Shown here piece by piece: positions 30,628 to 40,814 of a DNA stretch of 64,000 nt. The stretch spans positions 1 to 64,000 of the forward strand of contig CAWANJ010000007.1 in NCBI GenBank assembly GCA_963783385.1. Reading direction: 5' to 3'. The position numbers and the translations under genes are program-made. Below the pieces are notes generated by a model. That model was given only the letters and a program-made list of their open reading frames with translations. It was not told the origin of the DNA and did not search any database. The stretch comes from an uncultured Gemmatimonadales bacterium. Its GTDB lineage: Bacteria; Gemmatimonadota; Gemmatimonadetes; Palauibacterales; Palauibacteraceae. Within the stretch, counting starts at the first letter, position 1, and the number at the start of each line of letters is the position of its first letter.

Positions 30628-32366
30628 ATGCGCAGGCGCTTGTGGTCCTATCCATGGATCCCTGCCCTCGTCTACCTGGTGCTGGGCGGCCTGTGGATCC
30701 TGGTCTCGGACCGGGTGGTCGCCGGGCTGTCGGGCAGCCAGGCGCGAGCTCGGGCGTGGCAGTTCTGGAACGGCTGGGTGTTCGTCGGGGCGACGGCCCT
30801 CGTCCTCTTCCTCCTGGCGCGAGCCTTCCTGCGGAGCGTACGCGCCACCCGCGGCGCCCTGGCCCGCGTCCTGGATCTCCTGCCCGATCCGGCCGTCGTG
30901 CGCCGGGCGGCGGACGACGCCTACCTGGTCGCCAACCGCGCCTTCCGGCGCGATCTGGGGCGGAAGCGGGGCGAGGTGGAGGGCTGGACCCCGAGGAGCT
31001 CGGACTCGCGTTCGATCCGGAGGACTGGGCGGAGTACGGACGGCCGCCTGGAGGCGGAGGGCGAAGTGCGGGACTTCCCCCTGCACATCACCCTCCCGGA
31101 CGGGACGCGCCGCACGTGGCTGACCTCGAGCGCCCGCGAGGAGCTGGACGGCGCGGCCATGGTCGTGGCGACCACCAAGGACGTCACCGAGCTGGAGAGG
31201 GAGCGCGTGCACGCCGAGAACCAGGTGCGGCGCATCCAGGCCCTGCGCCAGATCGACCTGGCCATCACGGCCAGCCTCGAGCTCGCCGTCACCCTGGACG
31301 TCGTCCTCCAGCAGGTGGTCGAGCACCTGTCCGTGGACGCCGCGGCCATCCTCATGTGGAGCGACGCCTCGCAGAAGCTCGAGTTCGCGGCCTCGCGCGG
31401 CTTCCGGACCTCCGCGCTCCGCCACACCGCCCTGGCCCTGGGCGAGGGCTACGCGGGACAGGTGGCGCGCGACCGGACGACCCGGGTGGTCCAGGACCTC
31501 GCCGCCGCCCCCGGGGCTTCGCGCGATCGCCGCTGCTGGCCGACGAGGACGTTCGCCAGCTACGCGGCCACCCCGCTCGTCGCCAAGGGACGCGTCAACG
31601 GCGTGCTGGAGCTGTTCGGGCGCGCCCCCCTGGCCGGGGCAGGGCGAGTGGCGAGACTTCCTGGAGGTGCTGGCCGGACAGGCCGCCATCGCCATCGACT
31701 CGGCCCATCTGTTCCAGGACCTCCAGGACACCAACCGCCGCCTGCGCGCGGCCTATGGCTACACGATCGAGGGCTGGGCGCGGGCCCTCACCCTGCGGGA
31801 CGCCGAGACCTGGGACCACACCGAGCGCGTGACCGAGGTCACCCTGCGCCTGGCGCGCCGCCTGGGGATGGCCGACGGAGGAGCTGGTGCACCTCCGCCG
31901 CGGCGCGCTCCTGCACGACATCGGGAAGGTGGGCGTGCCGGACGCCATCCTCCTCAAGCCCGGTCCCCTGGACGACGACGAGTGGGAGGTGATGCGGCGC
32001 CACCCCGTGCTGGCCTACCAGCTCCTGGCCCCCATCGACTACCTGCAGCCCGCGCTCCACATCCCCTACGCCCACCACGAGAAGTGGGACGGCTCCGGCT
32101 ACCCGCGCGGCCTCGCCGGGCGCGAGATCCCGCTCGCCGCCCGCCTGTTCGCCGTGGTGGACGTGTGGGACGCCCTGCGCTCCGACCGCCCCTACCGCGA
32201 TGCGTGGAGCCCCGAGAAGACCCTCGAGTACATCCGCGCCGAGTCGGGCCGCCACTTCGACCCGGAGGTCGTGCCGGCCTTCCTGGCCCTGTACGAGGAG
32301 GAAGGGCTGGAGGACATGCGGGGCACCAACCACGGCTCCGGGCCCTCGGTGCCGGTGGGGGAATAG
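30628..32366 (+). CDS. Membrane PAS-GAF-HD-GYP cyclic-dinucleotide phosphodiesterase, frameshifted
   Basis: 2 TM, GAF (ALGEGYAG), TWDHTERV, LLHDIGK, HHEKWDGSGYPRGL, DRPYR. Confidence 0.85.
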
Positions 32367-32376
32367 GGGGCTCGCT

Positions 32377-32397
32377 GGCAGGATTTCGAATCCTGCC
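32377..32397. terminator. Perfect hairpin GGCAGGATT-TCG-AATCCTGCC (terminator or REP-like)
   Basis: 9-bp perfect stem 10 bp after the HD-GYP stop; no U-tract. Confidence 0.4.
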
Positions 32398-32512
32398 GTA
32401 GATTCGCAAAAGCACGGCTGCCGATCCCCGGCCTCAGGAGCCGGATCCTCTGGAGCGGTCGGCGCCCCGCGCAACCCGGCCCGTCGACGGATGGGCCCCG
32501 GATGGAGTCGTC

Positions 32513-35455
32513 ATGCGAGCCCGAACTCTCGCCGCGCTTCCGCTCGTCCTCCTGGTGTCCGTCCATGCACCCCGAGTCCCACGCTTCCGCCGCCACCGGC
32601 GGCGTCCGCTTCGGACCACTGTCGTGCGCCGGAGCGCGCCCGACACCGCCTCGGTGGGGCTGGTATTCGACCGGATCGACACGCGCTACCGGTTCCGGGA
32701 GGATGGGACGGGCTCGATCACGCGCGAGATGCGCGCCGTCCCCACCAGCCGGGCGGGCGTGACCGCCATCGGCCATATCCCCTTCTACTACGTGGCCGGA
32801 CGGCAGCGCTTCGAGCTGAGGCACCTGCGAGTGATCCGGCCCGGTGGCAAGGCGGTCACGGCCGGACCGGAAGCCGTGCACGACGGCACCGCCCCGGTGG
32901 CCCAGGAGGCGCCGGTGTTCACGGATGTGCACCTGGCGCACGTGGTCGTGCCCGACCTCCACCCCGGGGACACCGTGGACATCCAGGTGGAGGTCGACAT
33001 CCTGGAGCCGCTGGCGCCCGGTCGCTTCTGGGTGGACATGCCCTTCATCGACCTGTTCCCGGTTCACGGCGAGACCGTGGAGGTCGATGTGCCGTCGTCG
33101 CGCCCCATCCAGTGGTGGAGCGCGGAGGGACGGAAGCCGCGGGTGAGCCACCCGGAGGCGGGACGGACCGTCTACGCCTGGTCCCACTCGAGTCCCGGCC
33201 GGAACCTCGACGCCTCGAACGCGGCCTCCCTGCTCGAGAGCCAGGCCGCTCCATCGATCGAGCTGTCCAGCTTCCCGAGCTGGAAGGCGCTGGCCGCCTG
33301 GTACGGGGCCCTGGCCGACTCGGCGGCGCGTGCCACGCCGGCCGTGAAGGCCCGCGCCCTCGAGCTCGTCCAGGGTGCCACGGACGACCGGGCGAAGGTG
33401 CGCGCCCTGTACCGGTACGTGTCGGGTCGGATCCGCTACGTGAGCCTCCAGCTCGGTCAGGGCGCCTTTCGGCCCCACCCCGCCGACAGCGTCATGATCG
33501 TGGGCTACGGAGACTGCAAGGACCAGGCGGCCCTCCTGGCCTCCCTCCTCGCCGCGGTGGGGATCCATTCCGAGCCCGTGCTGGTCGACACGCGATCCAC
33601 ACGACAGCTGCGGACGTCCGTCCCCTCGCCGGCCCAGTTCGACCACGTGGTCACGGTCGTCCCGCTCGGGAAGGACACCCTGTGGCTGGACCCCACCAGC
33701 GGCGTGGCGCCCCCGGGCTTCCTGCCGACCTCGGTGCGGGGGACCCGGGGGCTCCTGGTCGAGGGCCCGGCCGGCGGCCGCCTGGTCACCGCCCCGTCCA
33801 GGATGCCCTACGCCAACCTCTCCACTCTGGACGTGCGCGGGAGCGTGACCCCGGGCGGCACCCTGGTCGCCACCTTCGACGAGCGCTTCGAGGGTGACGT
33901 CGCCGTGGGCCTCAGGGCCCTCTTCCGCCAGGTGGACGCCTCGCAGCTGGACCACGTGTTCACGGCGGTTCTCTCCAGCATGGGAGTGGGTGGCAAGGCC
34001 TACGAGGGCCGGGTGAGCGATCCCGACTCCACGGACGAGCCCTACTGGATGCACTTCGTGGATAGCGCCGGCTCCTACGTGAAGCTCGACTCGGCGGTGC
34101 GCGACTTCACCCTGCCCATCGAGGGGATCGCCAGGAACGTGCTGGACGACACCGCCGCGAGCGACACCGCCCTGACCCTGGGCGGACCGGCCACCGAGAC
34201 GGACCGGGTGCGCATCACCTTTCCGCGGGGCGTGCGGCCCCGGGCGCCCGCCGGCATACGGTTGGACCGGAGCTGGGCGTCCTACCGGTCCAGCTACCGG
34301 GTCGAGGGCCGAACCCTGGTGGCCGAGCGTACGCTCGAGGTAAAGGCGGCGTCGCTACCCCGAGACAGCGTGCCGGCCCTGAAGGCCTTGGCGGGCGCGG
34401 TGCGCGCCGAGAACCGGCGACCCGTACGGCTCGCGGTGGACCTGCATGAGCTCCCGGCGCCCGATGACGCGCGGATCGCGCCGGGGCTCGTGCGAAGCGC
34501 GGCCCGCGACCTGGCCAATGGTCACTACGTACGCGCTGCCGACGAGGCGCGGCGGGCGGTGGAGGCCGACTCGACCCTGGTATCCGGTTGGTACGACCTG
34601 GCGCAGGCGCTGGACCGCCAGAAGAAGTGGCCCGAAGCGGAGACGGCCGCGCGGCACGCCCTGCGGGCGGCACCCTACCGCCAGTGGATCCGCAACGAGC
34701 TGGGACTGATCCTGCAGAGGAAGGGGGACCTGGCCGGGGCCGACGCCGCCTTCCGCCAGGAGATCCAGCTCTTCCCCCTGGAGTACGCGGCCAACGTGAA
34801 CCTGCTGAACGTGCTGACCATGCGGGGCCGGCTCGACTCGGCGATCGCGCAAGGCCGGCAGACCGTGGCCGTCGCTCCCGACAGCGCTTCGGGCCACAAG
34901 CTCCTGGCGGCCGCCCTCCTCAAGGCGGACAGCACGCGGGCCGCCCTCGGCGAGCTTCGGAAGGCGAACCGCCTGGACCCCTCCGACTCGTGGACCGCCG
35001 GCCAGCTCACCCTCCTTCTCTCCCGCGAGGGCGAGGGGAAGGAGGCCGTCCGGCTGGTTCGGGGGTCCGGCGCGGCCGCCTCCGAGGACCCGATGCGCCG
35101 CGCCGCGGCCGCCGCCGGGCTCGTGCAGGCCGGCACCCCCGACTCGGCCGTGGCCCTGATGCGGCGCGGACTGGCGCGGCACCCCAAGAGCGGCATGTGG
35201 CACTTCGCGACAGCCTGGGTCCTCACCTACATCGGCCGCTACTCGAAGGCGCTCCCGGACGCGCGGGCCGCTGTCCTCCTGGACGGCAAGAAGGCGGAGG
35301 AATGGATGCTCCTGGGCCGGCTGGAGTCCTTCGACAACGACCCGAAGGACGCCCTTCACGCCTACCGGAAGTCCATCGCCATCGATTCCACCGTCCTGAA
35401 GCGCTCCCAGGTCGACCGAGAGATCTACCTCGATCTGAGCGGCAACGGCTCCTGA
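32513..35455 (+). CDS. DUF3857 + transglutaminase-like + TPR protein
   Basis: YGDCKDQA (catalytic Cys), FDHV, WLDPT triad pattern; C-terminal helical TPR-like repeats. Confidence 0.85.
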   Translation: MRARTLAALPLVLLVSVHAPRVPRFRRHRRRPLRTTVVRRSAPDTASVGLVFDRIDTRYRFREDGTGSITREMRAVPTSRAGVTAIGHIPFYYVAGRQRFELRHLRVIRPGGKAVTAGPEAVHDGTAPVAQEAPVFTDVHLAHVVVPDLHPGDTVDIQVEVDILEPLAPGRFWVDMPFIDLFPVHGETVEVDVPSSRPIQWWSAEGRKPRVSHPEAGRTVYAWSHSSPGRNLDASNAASLLESQAAPSIELSSFPSWKALAAWYGALADSAARATPAVKARALELVQGATDDRAKVRALYRYVSGRIRYVSLQLGQGAFRPHPADSVMIVGYGDCKDQAALLASLLAAVGIHSEPVLVDTRSTRQLRTSVPSPAQFDHVVTVVPLGKDTLWLDPTSGVAPPGFLPTSVRGTRGLLVEGPAGGRLVTAPSRMPYANLSTLDVRGSVTPGGTLVATFDERFEGDVAVGLRALFRQVDASQLDHVFTAVLSSMGVGGKAYEGRVSDPDSTDEPYWMHFVDSAGSYVKLDSAVRDFTLPIEGIARNVLDDTAASDTALTLGGPATETDRVRITFPRGVRPRAPAGIRLDRSWASYRSSYRVEGRTLVAERTLEVKAASLPRDSVPALKALAGAVRAENRRPVRLAVDLHELPAPDDARIAPGLVRSAARDLANGHYVRAADEARRAVEADSTLVSGWYDLAQALDRQKKWPEAETAARHALRAAPYRQWIRNELGLILQRKGDLAGADAAFRQEIQLFPLEYAANVNLLNVLTMRGRLDSAIAQGRQTVAVAPDSASGHKLLAAALLKADSTRAALGELRKANRLDPSDSWTAGQLTLLLSREGEGKEAVRLVRGSGAAASEDPMRRAAAAAGLVQAGTPDSAVALMRRGLARHPKSGMWHFATAWVLTYIGRYSKALPDARAAVLLDGKKAEEWMLLGRLESFDNDPKDALHAYRKSIAIDSTVLKRSQVDREIYLDLSGNGS

Positions 35456-35640
35456 TCGGGTGCCCGGCGGAGGCCAGGGCCCGCCACGGCCGCGGGGCCG
35501 AGTGGCCCCGGGCCGTCGCGAAGCGAACGAAACGTCGCGTCCGGGCTGGCGTAGAATCCTCCGATCCATGAAGTTCCGGTCGTGCCGCAAGGGCGCGTTC
35601 CGGTCCGCGGGACGGCCGCGGGGGGATGGAGGGAGGATCG

Positions 35641-35895
35641 ATGCCAGACGGAGCCGGCGACGGTGGGAGCGCGTCCCCGGGTGAGGTGCTGCGGGACGAG
35701 TACATGGCGCCCCGCGGCCTCTCCGGCCCGGAGCTTGCGCGCCGTATCGGCGTCGATCCCGGGCGCATCGAGGCCCTGATCGAGGGGAGCCACGGCGTCA
35801 CGCCGGGCCTGGCCCTCCGTCTGGCCCGCTCGCTGGACACCACGGCCGACTTCTGGATGGACCTCCAGGCCGCGTGGGAGCGCCGGGAGGCCTGA
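35641..35895 (+). CDS. higA: HigA-family antitoxin (Xre HTH), orphan
   Basis: PGEVLRDEYM.P.GLS..ELA, ALRLAR.L.TTADFWMDLQ. Confidence 0.85.
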   Translation: MPDGAGDGGSASPGEVLRDEYMAPRGLSGPELARRIGVDPGRIEALIEGSHGVTPGLALRLARSLDTTADFWMDLQAAWERREA

Positions 35896-35975
35896 CGGGA
35901 TCGAGGGGGCGCCCCCCGGCGGAGGCACCCGCGACGGTTGGCGGCTCCGGACCTGTACGGGACGAGGCTCCGAAC

Positions 35976-36869
35976 ATGATCCCCCTCCCGTTCATCGATC
36001 TCCACTCCCACCTCATCCCGGCCGTCGACGACGGGGCCAGGAACGCGTTCGACGCGCGCGACGCCCTGGCGGTCCTCGCCTCCGACGGCGTGCGGCGCGT
36101 GGTGGCCACCCCGCACGTGCAGGCGTCCATCCTGGCCGACCCGGCCGCCCGCGCCCGCCGCCTGACGGAGCTGGACATGGGCTGGCGCCTCCTGCGCAAC
36201 GTGCGCGAGGAGCTCCCCGAGGACGCGCCGGTCCTCCAGCGGGGGGCGGAGCTCCTCCTGGACGCCCCCGAGCCGGACCTCTCCGACCCCCGCCTCCGCC
36301 TGGCGGGCGGGCCGGCCGTCCTGGTCGAGTTCCCCTTCCTGCGCATCCCCATGTACGCGGAGCGCCAGCTCGCCGGGCTGCTCGACGCGGGCTGGATCCC
36401 GGTGGTGGCGCACATGGAGCGCTACGCGGAGCTGGGCCGCTCGCTGGCGCAGATCGCCCGCTGGCGCGAGCTGGGCGTCGTCCTCCAGGTGAACGCGGGC
36501 TCGCTCCTGGGCCGCTACGGGGCCCGTCCGCGGCGGCGCGCCCGGCACCTGCTCGCGTCGGGCTGGGCCGCCCTCCTGGCCAGCGACTACCACGCCCGCG
36601 GCGGGCCGCCCTCCCTGCGGGAGGCGCGCCGCTTGCTCCTGCGGCAGACCCGCGTGCCGGAGGAGGACGTCGCCGGCGCGGACGGGAGCGGGGATGGGAG
36701 CGGGGATGGGAGCGGGGACGGCGGGCGCGGGAACGTGGGGATCCGCGGGGCGACCCGGCTCCTCATGGGCGAGAACCCCCGCCGGCTGCTGGAGGGCCGC
36801 CGGGTGCTCCCCGTGCCGCCGCTGCGGCGCCGCCCGGTCTGGGCCCGGTGGCTGGGCGGGAGAGGCTGA
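35976..36869 (+). CDS. CpsB/CapC PHP-family tyrosine phosphatase
   Basis: IDLHSHLIPAVDDG, VATPH, AHMERY, QVNAGS, ASDYH. Confidence 0.9.
   Translation: MIPLPFIDLHSHLIPAVDDGARNAFDARDALAVLASDGVRRVVATPHVQASILADPAARARRLTELDMGWRLLRNVREELPEDAPVLQRGAELLLDAPEPDLSDPRLRLAGGPAVLVEFPFLRIPMYAERQLAGLLDAGWIPVVAHMERYAELGRSLAQIARWRELGVVLQVNAGSLLGRYGARPRRRARHLLASGWAALLASDYHARGGPPSLREARRLLLRQTRVPEEDVAGADGSGDGSGDGSGDGGRGNVGIRGATRLLMGENPRRLLEGRRVLPVPPLRRRPVWARWLGGRG
36681..36722 (+). repeat. 12-bp tandem repeat (GAYGGGAGCGGG x3.5) encoding DGSG
   Basis: read directly from the sequence. Confidence 0.8.
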
Positions 36870-37086
36870 CAGGCCACGCCGACCCCTCCGGACCTGTGGG
36901 GTCCGGGCAACAGAAGCCCCGTTCCTCTGCGCCTCCCCGGCCCCCGTCCGAACGGCCTCATCTTCCTGTCATATAATCCCATGGATGCATCCAGGGCGAC
37001 GAGGTATCGGGCTTGCGATTTCCCGGAACCGTTCGCGGGTCCGCAGGCGCGGGCCCCGCCCTCCGCCCCGTCCACGAAGGGTCTCC

Positions 37087-38199
37087 ATGCGCCGAATCGA
37101 GTTCGGGCCCGGTCACGTGCTGCTGGTGCGTCACGGACGGGGCCGCGGCCGCATGTCCCGCTACAACCGGGGGTTCCTCCGCTACGCCCGGCGCGAGCGG
37201 CCCGACCTGTGGGCCCGGCTCCGGCTGCACCTCACCGGGGAGCCGCCGCCCTGCCTGGAGGACGTGCGGGCCGTGGTGTTCTGGGTGGGGGACCCCCTCC
37301 GGGAGATCTATCCCGAGGAGTACCGGGAGTGCGCGGCCGTGGCCGTCCGGGCCCGCGAGCGCGGCATCCCGCTCGTCAACCCGCCCGAGAGCCTCTCCAC
37401 CACCCTGAAGGGTGTCATGGGCCGGATCTGGATGGACGCCGGCCTGCCCACGCCCAGCTGCCGGCGCTTCGGCGACCGGCGCTCCTTCGAGCGGGCGGTG
37501 CGGGAGATGGCGTTCCCGGCCCTGGTCCGGGGCGAGAGCTGCCACGCCCAGGAGGGCCTCCGGCTGTTCGCCGACCGGGAGGAGGCCCTGGCCTGCCCGG
37601 ACGGGGGGCTGCCCTACCCCGGGGTGCTGAGCGGCTTCGTGGACACGCGCGAGGGGTGGCGGCGGCGGGACCCCGAAGCGCTGCCCGCCCGCTACTTCCA
37701 CAAGAAACGGGTGATGGTGTACGGCGACCGGGTCGAGTGCCGGAACTACTACCTGACGCCCGAGCCGATCGTGGGAGACCCGAAGGCGTCCCTGTTCGGG
37801 CCCGCCTTCCAGCGTCCCGGGCCGTCCGCGCGGCTGTTCGGCCCGCCCCCGCTCGTTCGGCAGGCCATCCAGGCGGAGCGGCGGTGGATCGAGTCGGGGC
37901 CCGAGGACGCCGACCTGTTCCGGAAGGCCGTCCGCGTCCTGGGCCTCGGCTTCGCGGCCCTCGACTACGCGACGCCGGCCCCGGGCCGCATCGTCCTGTG
38001 GGAGGCCAACCCGTACCCCTACCTGCCGCCGCCCGACCAGGCCACGCTGTCGGGCCCGCGGGAGCTGGAGGCCCAGGACCGGCGCCACCACGAGGCCATG
38101 GCCGCGTGGCTGTCGGACCTGGCCGGCCTGCGGCTCGCGCCCCCGGCGGCGGACCGGTCGCGTTCGAAGGAGCCGCGTGCCCGGGCGGCGAGCGGCTGA
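37087..38199 (+). CDS. ATP-grasp-like hypothetical protein
   Basis: LVNPP, GLPTP, FPALVR, FVD, RVMVYG, LGLGFAALDY...LWEANP match the ATP-grasp layout. Confidence 0.6.
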   Translation: MRRIEFGPGHVLLVRHGRGRGRMSRYNRGFLRYARRERPDLWARLRLHLTGEPPPCLEDVRAVVFWVGDPLREIYPEEYRECAAVAVRARERGIPLVNPPESLSTTLKGVMGRIWMDAGLPTPSCRRFGDRRSFERAVREMAFPALVRGESCHAQEGLRLFADREEALACPDGGLPYPGVLSGFVDTREGWRRRDPEALPARYFHKKRVMVYGDRVECRNYYLTPEPIVGDPKASLFGPAFQRPGPSARLFGPPPLVRQAIQAERRWIESGPEDADLFRKAVRVLGLGFAALDYATPAPGRIVLWEANPYPYLPPPDQATLSGPRELEAQDRRHHEAMAAWLSDLAGLRLAPPAADRSRSKEPRARAASG

Positions 38200-38800
38200 C
38201 CGCCTGCCCGCCCGGATCCGCGCGGCGAGCGCGGCTCGCGCACCGCGTTGACTCTCGCAATCCGAGAGGAAATCCGGCCCCGGGCGCGCGGCGTCCCGGG
38301 ATGTCGATAACGTGGCAAGATGTTGATAACACGTAGCTTACGTGCCTTCGTAGGCTCTCGGCCACGCTCTTGCACCTCGGCCCGACCGCGACCTGGGGCG
38401 TGCGGTGTCGGCCCCCCGGCCTCCTCTCCGGACCGTTCGTGGGGGCGGCCGCCGCCTCCAGGGCGCACTCCGCGTGGACCGCGGCGTCCGAACGTCGGCG
38501 GACGCGGACCCGAAACGCGACAAGGAGCTCGGACCGTGCAGGCAGGAGCGACCGTACGCATAGAGGCTCGCCCGGGCACGCCCCGCCGTGGGCCTTTCAT
38601 GGTGGTGTGGTCCGAGGACCGCACCATCGCCCAGCTGGTCCCCCTCCCCATGCCGGCGGAGGCCCCGACCCCCCGGCCCGATGAGCGCCGCGAGCGGCTG
38701 TTCAGGGTGCTGGAGGTGGCCCGCCGCTAACGCGCCGGGTCGGGCCGCCGCGCCGTGCGCACGACCCTCCCGGCGGACCGACCGCCTGCCGGCGATCCGC

Positions 38801-39067
38801 TTACAGGCTGCCGACGATCTCCCGGTACTCCTTCTCCGTGAAGGCCCGGAAGGTCTCGCTCCGGATCGCGCCGCCCTGACCCAGCTTGAGCATGGCGCGT
38901 GCGACCGCGGTCTCGTCCTCCGCCTCGGAGAACGCCACCATGTCGTAGCGGCCCATGGTGAGGTAGAACTCCTCCAACTCCCCGCCTTCCTTGCGGACCA
39001 TGTCCCGCGCCAGGTCCAGGCGCTCGGCGCTCCTGTTCACCGCCTTGATCCCCGCGTCGGTCCAGGA
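38801..39067 (-). pseudogene. GYD-domain protein lacking its first few codons
   Basis: WTDAGIKAV...FYLTMGRYDMV...RSETFRAF; in-frame TGA a few codons upstream of SWTD and no start codon there. Confidence 0.7.
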
Positions 39068-39192
39068 CGGGTCCGGAGCACCGCGGCCTCAAGCCTTCGA
39101 GGATAGAGCATTCGAAGGATGGGGCGCGAGGCCGGACGAGGGGAGAACCGGCCCGCCCGCGCGGGGGCGGAGCGGGTACCTCTTTCCGAGCG

Positions 39193-39252
39193 GATGTCAA
39201 GGAATGGCGAAGGAGTGTCAGTCTTTGGCATTTCTTGACAATCCTTGCCATC
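39193..39252. promoter_or_regulatory. Phased TGNCA array / long imperfect palindrome, copy 1
   Basis: pentamers at 39195, 39205 (TGGCG), 39216, 39226, 39236, 39246. Confidence 0.65.
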
Positions 39253-39343
39253 GCCGCGCGAAGATCCCCCGCTGCCCGTGTCCTTCCGCAGGAGGCTGCA
39301 CGCGCTTTCCCGTCCGCCGTGCGTGTCCTATTCTCCTCGTCCC

Positions 39344-40366
<1,023 letters not shown>

Positions 40367-40814
40367 ACCCCCCGAGACACGGACGGCCGATTCCCGCTGG
40401 TTTCCGACGCGATTTGCCCGCTTTATGGCATTTCGGGATGGGGCCGGCGGAGGCTTCGGGGCGTCGGCCCCCGAGAACACGGGCCACCGGCCGGACCGAG
40501 GCCCTCGGCGCGCGGGCAAGGTCCTTGCCCTAAGGGAGTAGACCGATCCCGACGCGGACTGTTGTACAGGAGCGACGACAGGGCTATTATGGGTCGTCCT
40601 GCCAGTCCGCCGTACACACGGCAATCGATATGCGATCACAGTTCGGAGCACAGGCCCCCCCGGGCCGGGCATCCGGCGGACGGGGGACGCCTTCCAGGAC
40701 GCTCGGTTCCCGGCTACAGCATCCACCGGCATCAATGTCGGTCTGGGCGTGCCAGCCCGGACGGACCGGCGTGATGGCCGTGCGCACCCAGTTGAAGCCA
40801 GCGAGGTCTCGACG

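Noticed and set aside
32377-32397. TTCGAATCC resembling a tRNA T-arm or att site
   Set aside because: No cloverleaf, D-arm or acceptor stem; it is a simple hairpin.
38599-38730. 43-aa ORF as a RiPP precursor for the ATP-grasp protein
   Set aside because: No graspetide-like Thr/Ser/Lys-Asp/Glu core repeats and no clear RBS; coding status unsupported.
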